63,851 bases of DNA, filler included, from Calcarisporiella thermophila CBS 279.70 (GCF_041956535.1; 10 parts of 10 records of this genome joined end to end with filler, not necessarily neighbours in it); one strand, 5' to 3'; shown: positions 21,091-33,063, numbered from the whole stretch's first letter. Notes: generated by a model from the sequence alone, not told the origin. Numbers and translations are program-made.

Positions 21091-23548
21091 CATTGTGAAT
21101 ACACTTCAGGATTTACCTAAGCTTTTGTGGCGACTATGGCCTGACCTGCGGTTGAGGTGTTAGGAATTACCTACGTCGTGCATTGTGTTGTTAAAGCGGT
21201 TGTGAAATTCAAAAGTTGGGTCGGTCCGAGTTTGTTATCTAGGCGGGAGTTCCAGTCTGGTGTCAATGGCAAGAAGTTCGGTAAGAAGTTAAGCACATTT
21301 GGTCAAGTATTGAAGAGTCATTAGGTGCTATGCTATAACTTGCTTAACGGTTGGTTGTGGTCTCAGTAGTGAGAGTCATCATTACGGTTGTCTGGTGGAG
21401 ATGATGAGTGAGTTGGGCGACTACTGGGGTGATTGTGCAGTGTTAGCAGAGTCGCTGCTTAACATGCGTGTTGGGAGTTGCGTCTTGATGATGTGGCCCA
21501 TTGGTGAAGACGCTGAAGGCATCACGGCATACACAAAAGGGAGGCTGTCCTCTTACTGTGTATACCCGGACGAAAACACCAATGTAACAGTTCTGAGACT
21601 GTTAATGATTCGGATTCTTATTGAATATATGAAAAGTGGTCTTAATTCAATTAGAATAATGGACAAAATGGACAAATGGACAAAGGTTGGCCAAAGAATG
21701 GGCAAACAATGGGCAAACAATGGGCAAACAATGGGCAAACAATGGGCAAACAATGGGCAAAGAATCATAAACAAAGATCGAGGCTTAAATAGTAAACAAG
21801 ATAAACCTTAATCAGCGTGGGAACCAATGAGCATATAAAAGGAAATATTGAATCAGGATAGAGAGATGGTGGCTTGGTCCTGTTACAGTTGCCCACTCTA
21901 CATCAGATACGTCCTCCGCGTCCTCAAAATGGCTCTCCTGGCTTGGGCCGACTTCATTATCCACCGTACTTATGTTGTTTTCTTCTCTATCAATATCGGA
22001 GAATATTTCAATGAGGCACGTCGGATATACGTCCAATACAATTTTGTATTGTATCTAAAAAAATTAGTTTTCACCTTTCAACAGATTCACTGATAATTCT
22101 GCCTAGATTTTGATCATCTACACTGATAACTGAGGTACTATACTCAGGCCCAGGAATCTTGTAGGAAGGCGACACATTCTCCCTTGATCCATGGTATCTT
22201 TCAAAATGATCACGGTGTTCAAACACTTGAACGTCTGATCCAGTCATGCCTTCTTTTTTCTCGACAGCTACCCAGAGTTTAAGGAGCGAGTCGTATTTGT
22301 TCTTGCACTGTTGTGTAGTAAAGCCGAGCTTATTTGACGCACGCTTCCATATCTCCATTTTAATCCCCTTTATATACGTATCCCAATGTTTTTCTACAAT
22401 TGCGATCAATGTATCAATCTCCTTAGCTGTCCATTTGGCTCGTCGATTGCCAGTCGCCGTATGTGAATGGAGAGATGAAGATGATATTGAAACGCCTTTA
22501 GAGCTCAATGTAGAACCACTTCGCGTTTTCATTTTTAAAAAAAAGTAAACCGATCTTCTAATAAATCTTTTATAACCAAGCTGTATTAATGGAGCATTTT
22601 TTTTTCCTTTCGTATTTGTTGGAGAACGACCAGGCATGATCTAAGTCTGGNNNNNNNNNNNNNNNNNNNNNNNNNNNNNNNNNNNNNNNNNNNNNNNNNN
22701 NNNNNNNNNNNNNNNNNNNNNNNNNNNNNNNNNNNNNNNNNNNNNNNNNNNNNNNNNNNNNNNNNNNNNNNNNNNNNNNNNNNNNNNNNNNNNNNNNNNN
22801 NNNNNNNNNNNNNNNNNNNNNNNNNNNNNNNNNNNNNNNNNNNNNNNNNNNNNNNNNNNNNNNNNNNNNNNNNNNNNNNNNNNNNNNNNNNNNNNNNNNN
22901 NNNNNNNNNNNNNNNNNNNNNNNNNNNNNNNNNNNNNNNNNNNNNNNNNNNNNNNNNNNNNNNNNNNNNNNNNNNNNNNNNNNNNNNNNNNNNNNNNNNN
23001 NNNNNNNNNNNNNNNNNNNNNNNNNNNNNNNNNNNNNNNNNNNNNNNNNNNNNNNNNNNNNNNNNNNNNNNNNNNNNNNNNNNNNNNNNNNNNNNNNNNN
23101 NNNNNNNNNNNNNNNNNNNNNNNNNNNNNNNNNNNNNNNNNNNNNNNNNNNNNNNNNNNNNNNNNNNNNNNNNNNNNNNNNNNNNNNNNNNNNNNNNNNN
23201 NCTCTTTTGAATTCTCAAGTAGTGTGTGTTATTTGTGTTATCCCTTCTATCTGTCTTCTTTCCTTTTATTAATATACTCTTAATCAGTTCCAACAGTATT
23301 ATAGTAGTTCATCTATATAATTCTTTGAACCTTGTTATTTGAACCCTGGAGATTGTCTGGGTAACCCCTGTAATGTACTAAATCTTCATCATGCATAATT
23401 TAATGGAACTTCCCACTGTGATAAAGATAAGATATTTTAACTTGTGAATCAAGTTATGATAAATTCGTTTCAGCCAAAAACGCGAATCGAGAGGTGATTA
23501 TTTTTAAGCGATTATTACGATTTTCTGAGTATTCTGCTGAAACCAAAT

Positions 23549-23621
23549 TAGCCAGTTAAAATGCAGGATTTCGCTTAATTTTAAGCGAATAATCAGAAAA
23601 ATCGGTAGCGTGAACCACCCC
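23549..23621. mobile_element. MITE-like relic, right end
   Basis: Shares core and inverted terminus with 539-690. Confidence 0.5.
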
Positions 23622-23779
23622 ATTGAAAATCCCATGGTTTCAACTTTTTATTCCCTTTCTCCAGAGACCCATTATAACAAATTGCCAGGATTTAGAATAA
23701 AGTACACTCTGACTACATTTCAGTATATCCACCTCTAGTCTTGATAACTTCTTGAATCCGCTCTGGCACCGTATTAATA

Positions 23780-24480
23780 AGCTTATAACAATAATCCTTT
23801 TGAGTGACTCCCAGACGATATTCACACTTTCTCACAGATCGTCTTGTCCCGTTATATGTGGGAATCGAACCCTCAGTTGTCTTTCTACTTCACTCCATAG
23901 TTGCTCTATGGGGTTTAGATCGGGAGATTGAGACGGCCAATCAAGAACTTGGATCACGTTGGTTTGGAACCATCGTTCAACGAGCTTTGCTTTATGTTTA
24001 GGAACGTTATCATGCTGAAATGTTTTATCCTGCTTGCTGAGTTTATACCACTTGAGTGTCGTCGTCAATTCATCATCTAGGATTCGCGATTAAAGCTCAG
24101 CATCAACACCTTTTATTATACGGAATGAAAATCCGATGACAAGAAAGGTCATATAGCCCCACATCACTATGCTTCATCCTCCATGATTTACCACCGACTG
24201 TATATGGCTCGCTTGCAGTGGTTCTTCACGCCTCTTTCAGTACCACTCTCGCGTTTCATCACTAAAAGCGCGGATTTGGCACTCATCTGAAAAGATGATA
24301 CTTTTTAAATCTTCAATAGTCATGTATTTTCATGCGAACTGCAATCTCCTAATGCGTTGCTTTTTTGTATGAAGAGAACTTTTTCTTCGAACTTTAGCAA
24401 CAAAATAATTGCAATGAGGTGTCCTGCGAACGGTGTTTTCGGAAATATTCTGCTCCGTCATCTCGTTCCAAAATTCTTGC
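23780..24480 (-). pseudogene. Tc1 (DD34E) transposase relic
   Basis: IIFSDE, VKHGG..VMWG, FQHDN-34 aa-E (WPSQSPDLNPIE); stops and frameshifts. Confidence 0.9.
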
Positions 24481-24619
24481 GCCTTATTATTTAATTCAAA
24501 CACCTTTATCTTATTTTAATTAGAGCGAATAGTCGAAAAAGGGAATTGAATAAAATATCAAAATAAGCATTGTTTTCTCACGATTTAGGATGCTTAAAAA
24601 TTTTTGCAAAACAGAGCGT

Positions 24620-25095
24620 CTTACCATCGGGGCTAGAAACCGTAGGAAACTGATTGCTCTTTTTGGAAAATGGCTAGTATATATATAGTGATAGGGCTGA
24701 GATTTACTAATATAGGTTGTGTGGGGACTTATTTTATCCTTAGTAAGTTCGGAGTTCAATTTACTACAGTTGAAATCTATACTGGATTTTGAAGAATAAC
24801 CACCGTCAAAGAGTAAAAAAGCCTGGGCTAACACAAAACATAAGTTCACACTATCTCGAGCGTACCATCGGAGATAAAAAAACCGATGGCTAGCAGGAAA
24901 CTGATAGCTCTTTTAGGAATAAAAATAGTATATATTTAGTAATAGGACGGAAATACTTTGCATTTATAGGTAATGTAAAACTAGCTTTACCCTTAGTAAT
25001 GAGTTCGACTTACTAATATTGGAATCAATATTGGATTTCGAAAGCATATCCATCGTTATGGATATAAAAACTCGGGCAAATCCAAAACTCGGAGA
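24620..25095. repeat. Diverged tandem duplication (about 240 bp unit) upstream of YcaC-like gene
   Basis: Ordered shared blocks TACCATCGG, AGGAAACTGAT.GCTCTTTT, TAGTATATAT.TAGT, CCTTAGTAA, TGGATTT.GAA in both units. Confidence 0.75.
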
Positions 25096-25137
25096 TCCCA
25101 TTACCCCAAATTGTATTATCATAAAAAATAGAAAGAG

Positions 25138-25947
25138 ATGAAGTTTACGCGACTCTTTTCAATTGCCACTTTCTTCATTAGCGTCGTATTTGCAGATGTA
25201 GATAGCAACACTACATCATCACGGGATCTTTATAAACGAATTAGAGCAGACGATGCTGCTGTGCTTTTCATTGATCATCAGTCAGGCCTAGGTTCCCTTG
25301 TTCAAGATTTCAGTGCAGTCGAGTTTAAGAACAACGTTCTGGCCCTAGCCGATATCTCGAAGTACTTTAATTTGCCTGCTGTTTTGACAACTAGTTTCGA
25401 GGATGGTCCCAATGGCCCAATATTCTCTGAACTTAAAGAAACCTTTCCGAACGCCTCCTTTATTCCTCGGCCTGGACAAATTAATGCCTGGGATAATGCT
25501 GATTTTGTCAATGCAGTTAAGGCTACCGGTCGTAAACAACTGCTCATTTCCGGAATCGTAACTGATGTGTGCGTTGCTTTTGCTGCTTTGTCCGCTATCA
25601 ATGAAGGCTATGAAGTCTTTGTCGTTACGGATGCCTCAGGCACTTTTAATGAGGTTACTCGATATGCTGCTTGGGACAGAATGAGCCGAGCTGGAATTCA
25701 GGTAAATTATTAAGATGGCATTAGAGGCAGCATACTGTATATATGCTTACTAAAGTTTTCAATTTCACGCGAAAATTAGTTGGTCAATTGGTTTGCTGTT
25801 GCTGGAGAGCTTCTACGCGACTGGAGAAATGATCCTGCGGGTAGCCTTAGTAACCTTGCTAGCAAACACCTTCCCATGTCCAGTTACCTCATACAGAGTC
25901 GAAAAGCCGCGGAAGATTTCGGCAAGAAGGGAGGAAATTCTCCTTAA
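25138..25947 (+). CDS. Secreted YcaC-like isochorismatase-family cysteine hydrolase (intron 25702-25779)
   Basis: Signal peptide; DAAVLFIDHQSGL, FKNNVLALAD, RPGQINAWDN, GIVTDVCVAF, DASGT, ELLRDWRND. Confidence 0.93.
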
Positions 25948-27631
25948 AAAATGCAATTTAGTCAGACTTATTACCAATTTATTGAAGATTATATATTTAA
26001 TAAATAAAAAAATCGACAGTGCTAGTATTTAATTCAACCTTGTGATTTAGGCATTAAATCTCGTTCAATTCTCTTTGGATTCATATTGAATAACTACAGC
26101 GTGCAACAGCACTCCATAATATAACTCTATTAGCTAATATGAAAAGTATTAAATATTCTAGATGGCGTTTTACGCTATTCTAAGCCTTCAGTTGCCAATC
26201 TTGTATGTTTACTCTTTCCATTTGTGCATCGCCAGAATCTGTGTCGTATTATTGCATTAGTAATGAAACGAGAGTAGAATTTCAACAGCCAAAAGCTCCA
26301 ACCAGCGCAATCTTCTGGTTTTTGTGAATATCTAGTGTTACGACATTGAATACCATTGCTTCTTTTCTTGTTGGGTACGAATCAGATCAGTTGTACTAGG
26401 TGCAGTACCTGGTGAAGCTCCAGCAGCGTCTGGATCGATGGTTGGGCATTTAACCAATAGTACGAATATACTAATAGCTGTTTGACACGCCGTCACAGCT
26501 CTTGGGATTGCCGCAGTGGAACGAATACTTTCAGTAGTAGAAAATCTTATAGCAAACGTTGAAGTAAATAACTATTTTTGGTTCATTTCACCCGATTTAA
26601 TAAATTGGATTCCAACGTAGAAGCCGAGAGCAAAGTCAAAGAATTGAAAATCTAAAGACAAAACTAAGAGTTAAAAAGTTTTTTCTAGCAGATACAATAT
26701 ACAGATGCCCTAATTACTTTAACTTCTTCTCAAATACATCTTCAATAGAGAGAGATGAAACTGTCCGAATCTCTCGAATAGCCCACCCACAATCTAACCG
26801 AACATCATGTATCCTTTCTAGCATTTTCGGAGGCTCTAGAAGCAAAATGAACATATAGCAATATCAATCGTTTGAAACAGGCAGGTTGTCAGGATATTAT
26901 TTTGAACTTAAATTTTAACTTGTTTGTTTGTAAGGGTTAAATCCTGTTTATTGCTTTTCTCTTTTTTCTTTAAATAGTTCAACTATTTGTCTTCTGATTC
27001 TTACTCTTATTTTCCTCTATTATTTCTACTATTATTTTACTATAGAAGTCCGAAAGTCAGAAACTACTCTCGTTACACATGTGGTCCAAGTAATCGTGAT
27101 CTATTCCTCAGCCTAAGTGTCTGACATTCTCTTATAAATCGTACACTCCAGCCTCGCATGCTTCAATGGCGGAAACCAACTTTTCTTCTTCTGGATAATT
27201 TTTAGAGTGAGAGCTCTCAGTTTCATCCTCGTACTGCCAGGAATTCCTCTTTTGTCGATGTTTATATCGTTATTCTAGGTGGTCCAGTCTGTCGAAAATT
27301 TGTTCTAAGGTGTATTCATTGTTCATTGTTGTCAAGCATAGAAGATAACTAATTCTTAGCGCATAATTCGGAGGCTTTGAAAAAGCTAGAGAGCAAGAAT
27401 AGCTGATGCCATCTTAATATGAATTTTTTAGTTGTTTTAGTTTATATTACTTCTAAAAACAGAAATTTGAAATATTCCAACCAGTATATAATTGAATTAT
27501 TTACTTTTGATATTTTATTATTTTCCCATGACTATGAATAAAGCGTGATTAGGGTTCCGAAGAAGCACATACCATCCGGGGAGAGAACCTTTGGGCTCTC
27601 GCCCAAAAGGAATTATGAAATTTGTCTTATT

Positions 27632-28532
27632 TTATAGAAAACACCACATAATACTGGATAATATTAGTGTGAATACCGTGAAGATTATTTTCAAGTAAGT
27701 ATTTTTAAGCTCAGATTGCAATAGAAAGCTTTCTTTGTCGTTGACTCTAGGAAATGGGCCAATAGGGATTGGAACTTCTAGAAATTTGCAAAGTGGCTCC
27801 CACCCTTCTTTTACCTACATGAAGTAATAATTAGGCTATAATTTCTTCGTACCAGGGATTAAAACTTGCATTAAATATGAGAAGACGATCTGGCGGCACC
27901 ATATGCTTTACTTCTTGAATGCGCTTGTTATAAACTTCAATAGCCCAATTTTTATCACGGACACCACCATGAAAGGTACGGATAGCAATCACTTTACGAG
28001 CCATTTTTTGCCGAAGGGTGTTAGTATATAGAAAGTAGAGAGATAACCATCTCAACCAGTCTTCACTGAACGTTGGGCTAAATATAGTGTCGCGGGCGCT
28101 CTCATACCTTCAGATAGGAAAGAGGAATTTGATTAATAATATAACGTGAGTATTCTATTAATTACAATACCATTCTTCAGGTGTATCCCGTATGGTTAAC
28201 ACTATTTTGGCATTAGGGTATTTTTCCAATAATTCTCTGTAGAATGCTGTTGTCGGCCAATCGACGCACGAGTTAAAGTCTTTGAAAACCTCATCCCAAT
28301 CTACTTCTTTACCATCTGCCGCATCAATAAACTTTTGGATATGGTCTTTTTGTAATCGGAACATGTGATAACAAGGACCAAAGCCAAGTTGGTCAAGCGC
28401 AACCATCAAGGAGAGTGTTCCCGTTCTCCCAAATCTTAGAGAGTAAAGGCATAATTATAATGATGAAGAGGATTGCCTGAGATTATAATAAATCTTTTCT
28501 TACCCTGCTCCAATAACTTTCAGAGGCGCCAT
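27632..28532 (-). CDS. Sulfotransferase-like P-loop protein (Sulfotransfer_4 type) with C-terminal TM helix, 4 exons
   Basis: LKVIGAG-FGRTGTLSL, GPCYHM, VDWP, LTIRD..W, VPPDRLL, EGWEPLCKFL, FPRVN. Confidence 0.9.
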
Positions 28533-29038
28533 TTCGCATTAAACTAAATATAATGAAAAATTGAATGTTGGACAATAAGAGAAAAATAAAGAGTAGCCTA
28601 AAGTTTGGTTGATACGCTTCAAACAGAATTATTACAACCGCTATGGTATTGGTCTGTGAACGTTTATCTCAACGCAGCTGGATAAAATATTCCACAGCAT
28701 GTGCTGAAGGAATATACTTTACCCCCTTTATATAAAAACAAATCTCATATAACATGGGATCGATATTGCTTTTAGAAGTTCTTAAATTTTAAAAACCGGG
28801 GGGGAAAAGTTAAATGTAATTAGACTAGTTCCTAAAAGTATTTTTCTACTATGCTATAGGCGCATGAATGGCAAATTATTTTGAATTCTTGAAGAGTTCA
28901 TGCAAATATACGGGTTCGCCGTAAAATATTCTGACTTTATCTATCAAAATGAATCGAAGAATCAAGATAGAAAACTTTGTACTCGGACTGATATGCTCTG
29001 CATCATTGATATTAGGCATATGCTTCCCGAGGTCAAGA

Positions 29039-29266
29039 ATGGGTGCGGTGCTATTGTTAGGCTTATTATTACTCACTGGTTTGGTTTGGGCCGTGCGAGT
29101 AACTAATGCCGGTCATCGATCACCTATTTGTAATTATGGGGCAACTAGGACCACACGCTGTTTAAAGTGGGATGACTATAATTGCATATCCAGGACAACT
29201 TATTGCATAAAACCTACGACGCAAACCAGTTTTGGTTACGATCCATATTATGATTATTATCATTAA
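29039..29266 (+). CDS. Small secreted 4-Cys peptide with Tyr-rich tail
   Basis: MGAVLLLGLLLLTGLVWA signal, 4 Cys, ends GYDPYYDYYH. Confidence 0.55.
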   Translation: MGAVLLLGLLLLTGLVWAVRVTNAGHRSPICNYGATRTTRCLKWDDYNCISRTTYCIKPTTQTSFGYDPYYDYYH

Positions 29267-29678
29267 AATTGACTAAGCAATAAGATGACATATTTAACCA
29301 TTTTATATTGAATACAAATTTTAAATTTTTAAGTATTAAATACTGTTAAAGCAGTAAAGATAAATATTTATCTTCAGTGTAATTATATTTCATGTAAATA
29401 AGTTAACTATTGATCCTCGATAGTGTATCTTCTCCTTACGTGTTATCCTGTGGCCCACACTTTGCTACAAGTTAAGCTGCAGAATTTAAATTTCCATAAA
29501 TCTTCTAAGCAGTGTTCATTTATTCAAAATCTTGGGATACCATATGGCACACACCGTCAATGCTAACAAAATTAACCAAAGCAATGCAAGAGTACTCTAC
29601 AGTTCCTATGGAGTGCAGAGCTATATATAATTGAAGTCTCCATGAGTTCTGCTTATTCTTCAATAGACTGCGGACTTT

Positions 29679-29876
29679 GTCAGCAGTCCACGCTTCACAA
29701 TGATGAGGCCGATTTATTGGATAAAATGAGCTGGTACAAAGAATAAAGAAAAAGTAAACAAAAAAAAATCGTACGATAATCTGAACGTGATTTTGCTATA
29801 AATATGAACCTACCAAGGAGATGTTTCCTCGGCCGTTCCAAGAAGAGGGGAGGGAAGTGAAGCGTGGACTGCTGAC
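29679..29876. mobile_element. 198-bp MITE with perfect 20-bp TIRs
   Basis: GTCAGCAGTCCACGCTTCAC (29679-29698) and GTGAAGCGTGGACTGCTGAC (29857-29876); TTT on both flanks. Confidence 0.8.
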
Positions 29877-30299
29877 TTTGCCTTGTCCATTTCCCTTAAG
29901 CCGTCGCATACGCTAGGCTAAAGTAAGAAGTATTCTGTCCCGCGCCGTTGACTTGAACAGCGCATACGAAACAGGAATACGGACATTTTTGTTTCATCTT
30001 ATAGCATATAAAGCCGCTAAATACGTGGCTTGGATTGATGAAGTTTTTTTTGCAGAAAAGCTCAAACCCAATGCTGGATTCACTTATTTCAATCTTTTTC
30101 TGCTTATGCTCACTATGAGAATGTAGCCATTTTGAGAGTCAGAAGAATTAGCAATGAGATGACTCTATCATGAATGTAGGCTGTGCAATAATATTTAAGC
30201 CTTCGATATCATCAACTTCAAGGTTTAATTTATTCTAATAGAGCCAATTATTCTTCAGCATCGTCATATTAGCTCAAATGATAAAAACATAAAATCTTA

Positions 30300-30960
30300 T
30301 TATAATATACAATTTTCAATACTTGACTTAAATTGAGAAAGCGCATGATATGCATCTCCTTTCGGCGTCCACGTAGCCCTTAGCTCAGTACTAATTTCAC
30401 TTGCTTTCTTAGTGAACATATTTTCGCCGTTATCTTTGGCAGCAAAGAACCTTTCAATTGTCAATGCGACTTCTTTGGCATAGATCAATTTTGGGTTCGA
30501 AGACCTACTAGAGGGAGATAGACAATTGCTGAATTCGAAAGACAATCCCGTTCTCAGTTTTATAAGTAGTTTGAAGTTGGCGGGTTGATCACCAATGTAT
30601 TGTCCCAGTCCCGTGGGTCAAGCTTTCTAAAGAAGAATTCCAGTCACAGTGAGTTAAGAACGTGTCGCAACTTGAATGTGAGAGTATCATTTCTTGTGGC
30701 GCCCATTGTACTATCGTTACATTGTTGTATACGAAAGCTCCATCTATAGGAGATACCATCTCAATTTTGGGTAGAAAAATTAGCTGGTCATTGCTCAAGC
30801 TTCAATGAACACATCGTTTGGATTATCTGAAACCATGAAGAAGCTCGATTAGTTGATCTTTGCTATGGGTTATTGCTGATCCAAACGAGACATAAAGAAT
30901 GGAGCGAGCTGGTTGCTCATTGAGATATCGATATTGCCAGGAATCAAAATTTCTCTTGGT
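30300..30960 (-). pseudogene. UDP-glycosyltransferase (GT1) C-terminal-domain pseudogene
   Basis: [42 protein letters not shown]; stop and frameshifts; N-terminal domain absent. Confidence 0.85.
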
Positions 30961-31429
30961 CACATCAGTATTGATCAATTTTTTTTCGAACTTCCCAAGC
31001 ATCTAGTGGCTGACACTTTCCAATTTCTTCCTAATGACCGTCATATGTCCACTTATGAGTGTTGAGCGTAATAAGTGGCTCTACGAGATATATTATATAC
31101 AATATATATATATCTTTATCTCCAACTGAAAATCCTGTCACAGCAAATGTGACGGGGGGTTTTTGTTGGAGAGAAAGATTTAACTCCGTATGATTTATTA
31201 CAATCTCAAATGAACGTATATATATCCATTAAATGATGACGTAGCTACGTAAACACAGAGATTAAGAAGATCTGAAAGTAACATATGTGACAACAAACAC
31301 CTCGATGCTAAGCCACATTGATGTTAATATTAACTATTTAAAGCAGATATGAATTTTTTTTACTTAGCAATATTCAGAAAATAGAAGAATAAAGTTAAAA
31401 TCAAAGAGCCAATAGACACCACATCCTAT

Positions 31430-32002
31430 TTAATATATGGCGTTGGGTTCCAAAATTGATTTTCTAAAATCTAGAGTGAAAAAGAAGGCTGGTATAGGAT
31501 TATCCAATGTCGCTGTGACACCGAGATACACATAGGGTTGGATTTCACGAATCCAGTCCACGTAATGACTAAATGGTATATCGTATTGAATGCGTATCGT
31601 TTTCTTGCCATCAAGAGGGAGTCTGTGGAACTCCATTGTACCATTGAAACAATTGATGCCAGCAATTAAATTATTTGTCATTCTTCCACCCTCATGTTGT
31701 GCGTGAAATGTTTGCCCAGTCAATATCAACGCCCTTATACGACACAAATTTACGAGTTCTTTGTCAGCTTGGTGACACTTTCCAATGGGGCAAGATTTAG
31801 AAGAAGATATGCCTTTAATCCCACGAGGCGGAAATGTACTGATTTCTAGGTTAAGAAAGAGTAAATTAAGTCTATCAAATGAACAGTTTTTTATATGAAT
31901 TGGCCCATTATTAGGATTTGTATTACACTTAGCACTGACAATCAACTTGAAATTATTTAAAAATAATATGAATAAGCTTGAAATAAGCATACGAAAATAC
32001 AT
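31430..32002 (-). CDS. Intronless, probably secreted protein of unknown function
   Basis: 190-aa ORF in AT-rich DNA with hydrophobic N-terminus; C-terminal LDGKKTIRIQY..DWIREIQPYVYLG..FFFTL. Confidence 0.6.
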   Translation of the reverse strand: MYFRMLISSLFILFLNNFKLIVSAKCNTNPNNGPIHIKNCSFDRLNLLFLNLEISTFPPRGIKGISSSKSCPIGKCHQADKELVNLCRIRALILTGQTFHAQHEGGRMTNNLIAGINCFNGTMEFHRLPLDGKKTIRIQYDIPFSHYVDWIREIQPYVYLGVTATLDNPIPAFFFTLDFRKSILEPNAIY

Positions 32003-33063
32003 TGAGGGAATGCGATTGCATACAGGATTCAGTAGATAATTTAAAAGCATATATCTGCAAAGTGACAAGGGCTAACATTCTCAATAAAGTTAAATCACGT
32101 ACAAGCAGAGAACTTTGTCCAGGGTCTAACAAACTTTTAAAATTTAGAATAGCTTACAATTGGTTGACTTAGCTTTTAGGAACTCTCAAACAATTGAACC
32201 ATTGTTAGGGTTGTGATAGACCCATAATTTCAAACCTAAAATATAAGTCATTTGTTAAAATTTAATACGCAAATAATTTCCGAGTAAATAAAAATATATA
32301 TTGTATATTTAAATCCGTGGTGTTATTTATTATGATCTAGATCTAGAAAGATCTATCATAGCAATATACTGTGTCACGAGATTTTTCCAGTGAAAAATTA
32401 AATCGATATCCCTCTCAATTTTCGGTAATGAATCTATCAATCTACAATCAATGTATATGCTAATCTAACTACAGTGTACACATTTAGTAGTTACTTTAGT
32501 GAACAGTAAATGTGGTTACCCTAACGTTTAAGAAAAATTACTGACATCTGATAAGCCTAGAAAACAAAAATATATTGTAGTTAGTAATGATGTATTTATT
32601 TTTTATCAAAAAGTACACGAACCATTTATCAATTAATTTAGGAAAAAGAAAATGGTGTAATTTCTATTGTAAAAATCCTACAACAAACTATCTTTAGATA
32701 TACTTGATAGCCTTGTATAAACTGTAAAAACAAGATCGCTGGGGTATCAAATTCAAAGTTGATCTATGTAACACGAGTAAATTATTTAATCAATGTTATG
32801 ATTGAATTAAACGAGTAAGTTGCGACCGCGAAAAATCTAATTGCTCGATATGGATTAATCTAGGATTGAATTGCCGGGGAATTCTTGAAGAATGATTACC
32901 ATAACAATTATTGTATCCTCAAATCTTAGGGTTGCCTTTATTCCATATTCCCACACCACTCTCTCTTTCTTTCGCAGGATTTAATGACTTGTCTATTTAA
33001 TACTTTTATATGTAAAGAATCTATGCGAACAATTTAACTTACCAGTAATGTCTCCATCTTAAA

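Larger units (their letters stand above)
20315..21887 (-). mobile_element. Complete non-autonomous LTR retroelement (TRIM/LARD-like, 1573 bp)
   Basis: Apparently identical 305-bp LTRs 20315-20619 and 21583-21887 (TGTAACAG...CTGTTACA); TSD GTTGC; PBS TGGTGTTTTCGTCCGGG at 21565-21581; PPT GGGAGGAGAG next to the 3' LTR; no pol. Confidence 0.95.
19979..22532 (-). pseudogene. Harbinger Myb/SANT (trihelix) accessory gene disrupted by LTR element
   Basis: WTAKEIDTLI..IWKRAS..FTTQQCKNKYDSL; removing 20315-21887 plus one TSD restores the frame (EWAT-PPTSV) into a coiled-coil C-terminus. Confidence 0.85.

Noticed and set aside
20289-21811. ORFs with MGKQWANNGQT repeats
   Set aside because: Translation of the 11-bp LTR repeat; no coding evidence.
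26100-27400. Possible degenerate coding relic on the minus strand
   Set aside because: Multiple stops and no recognisable motif.
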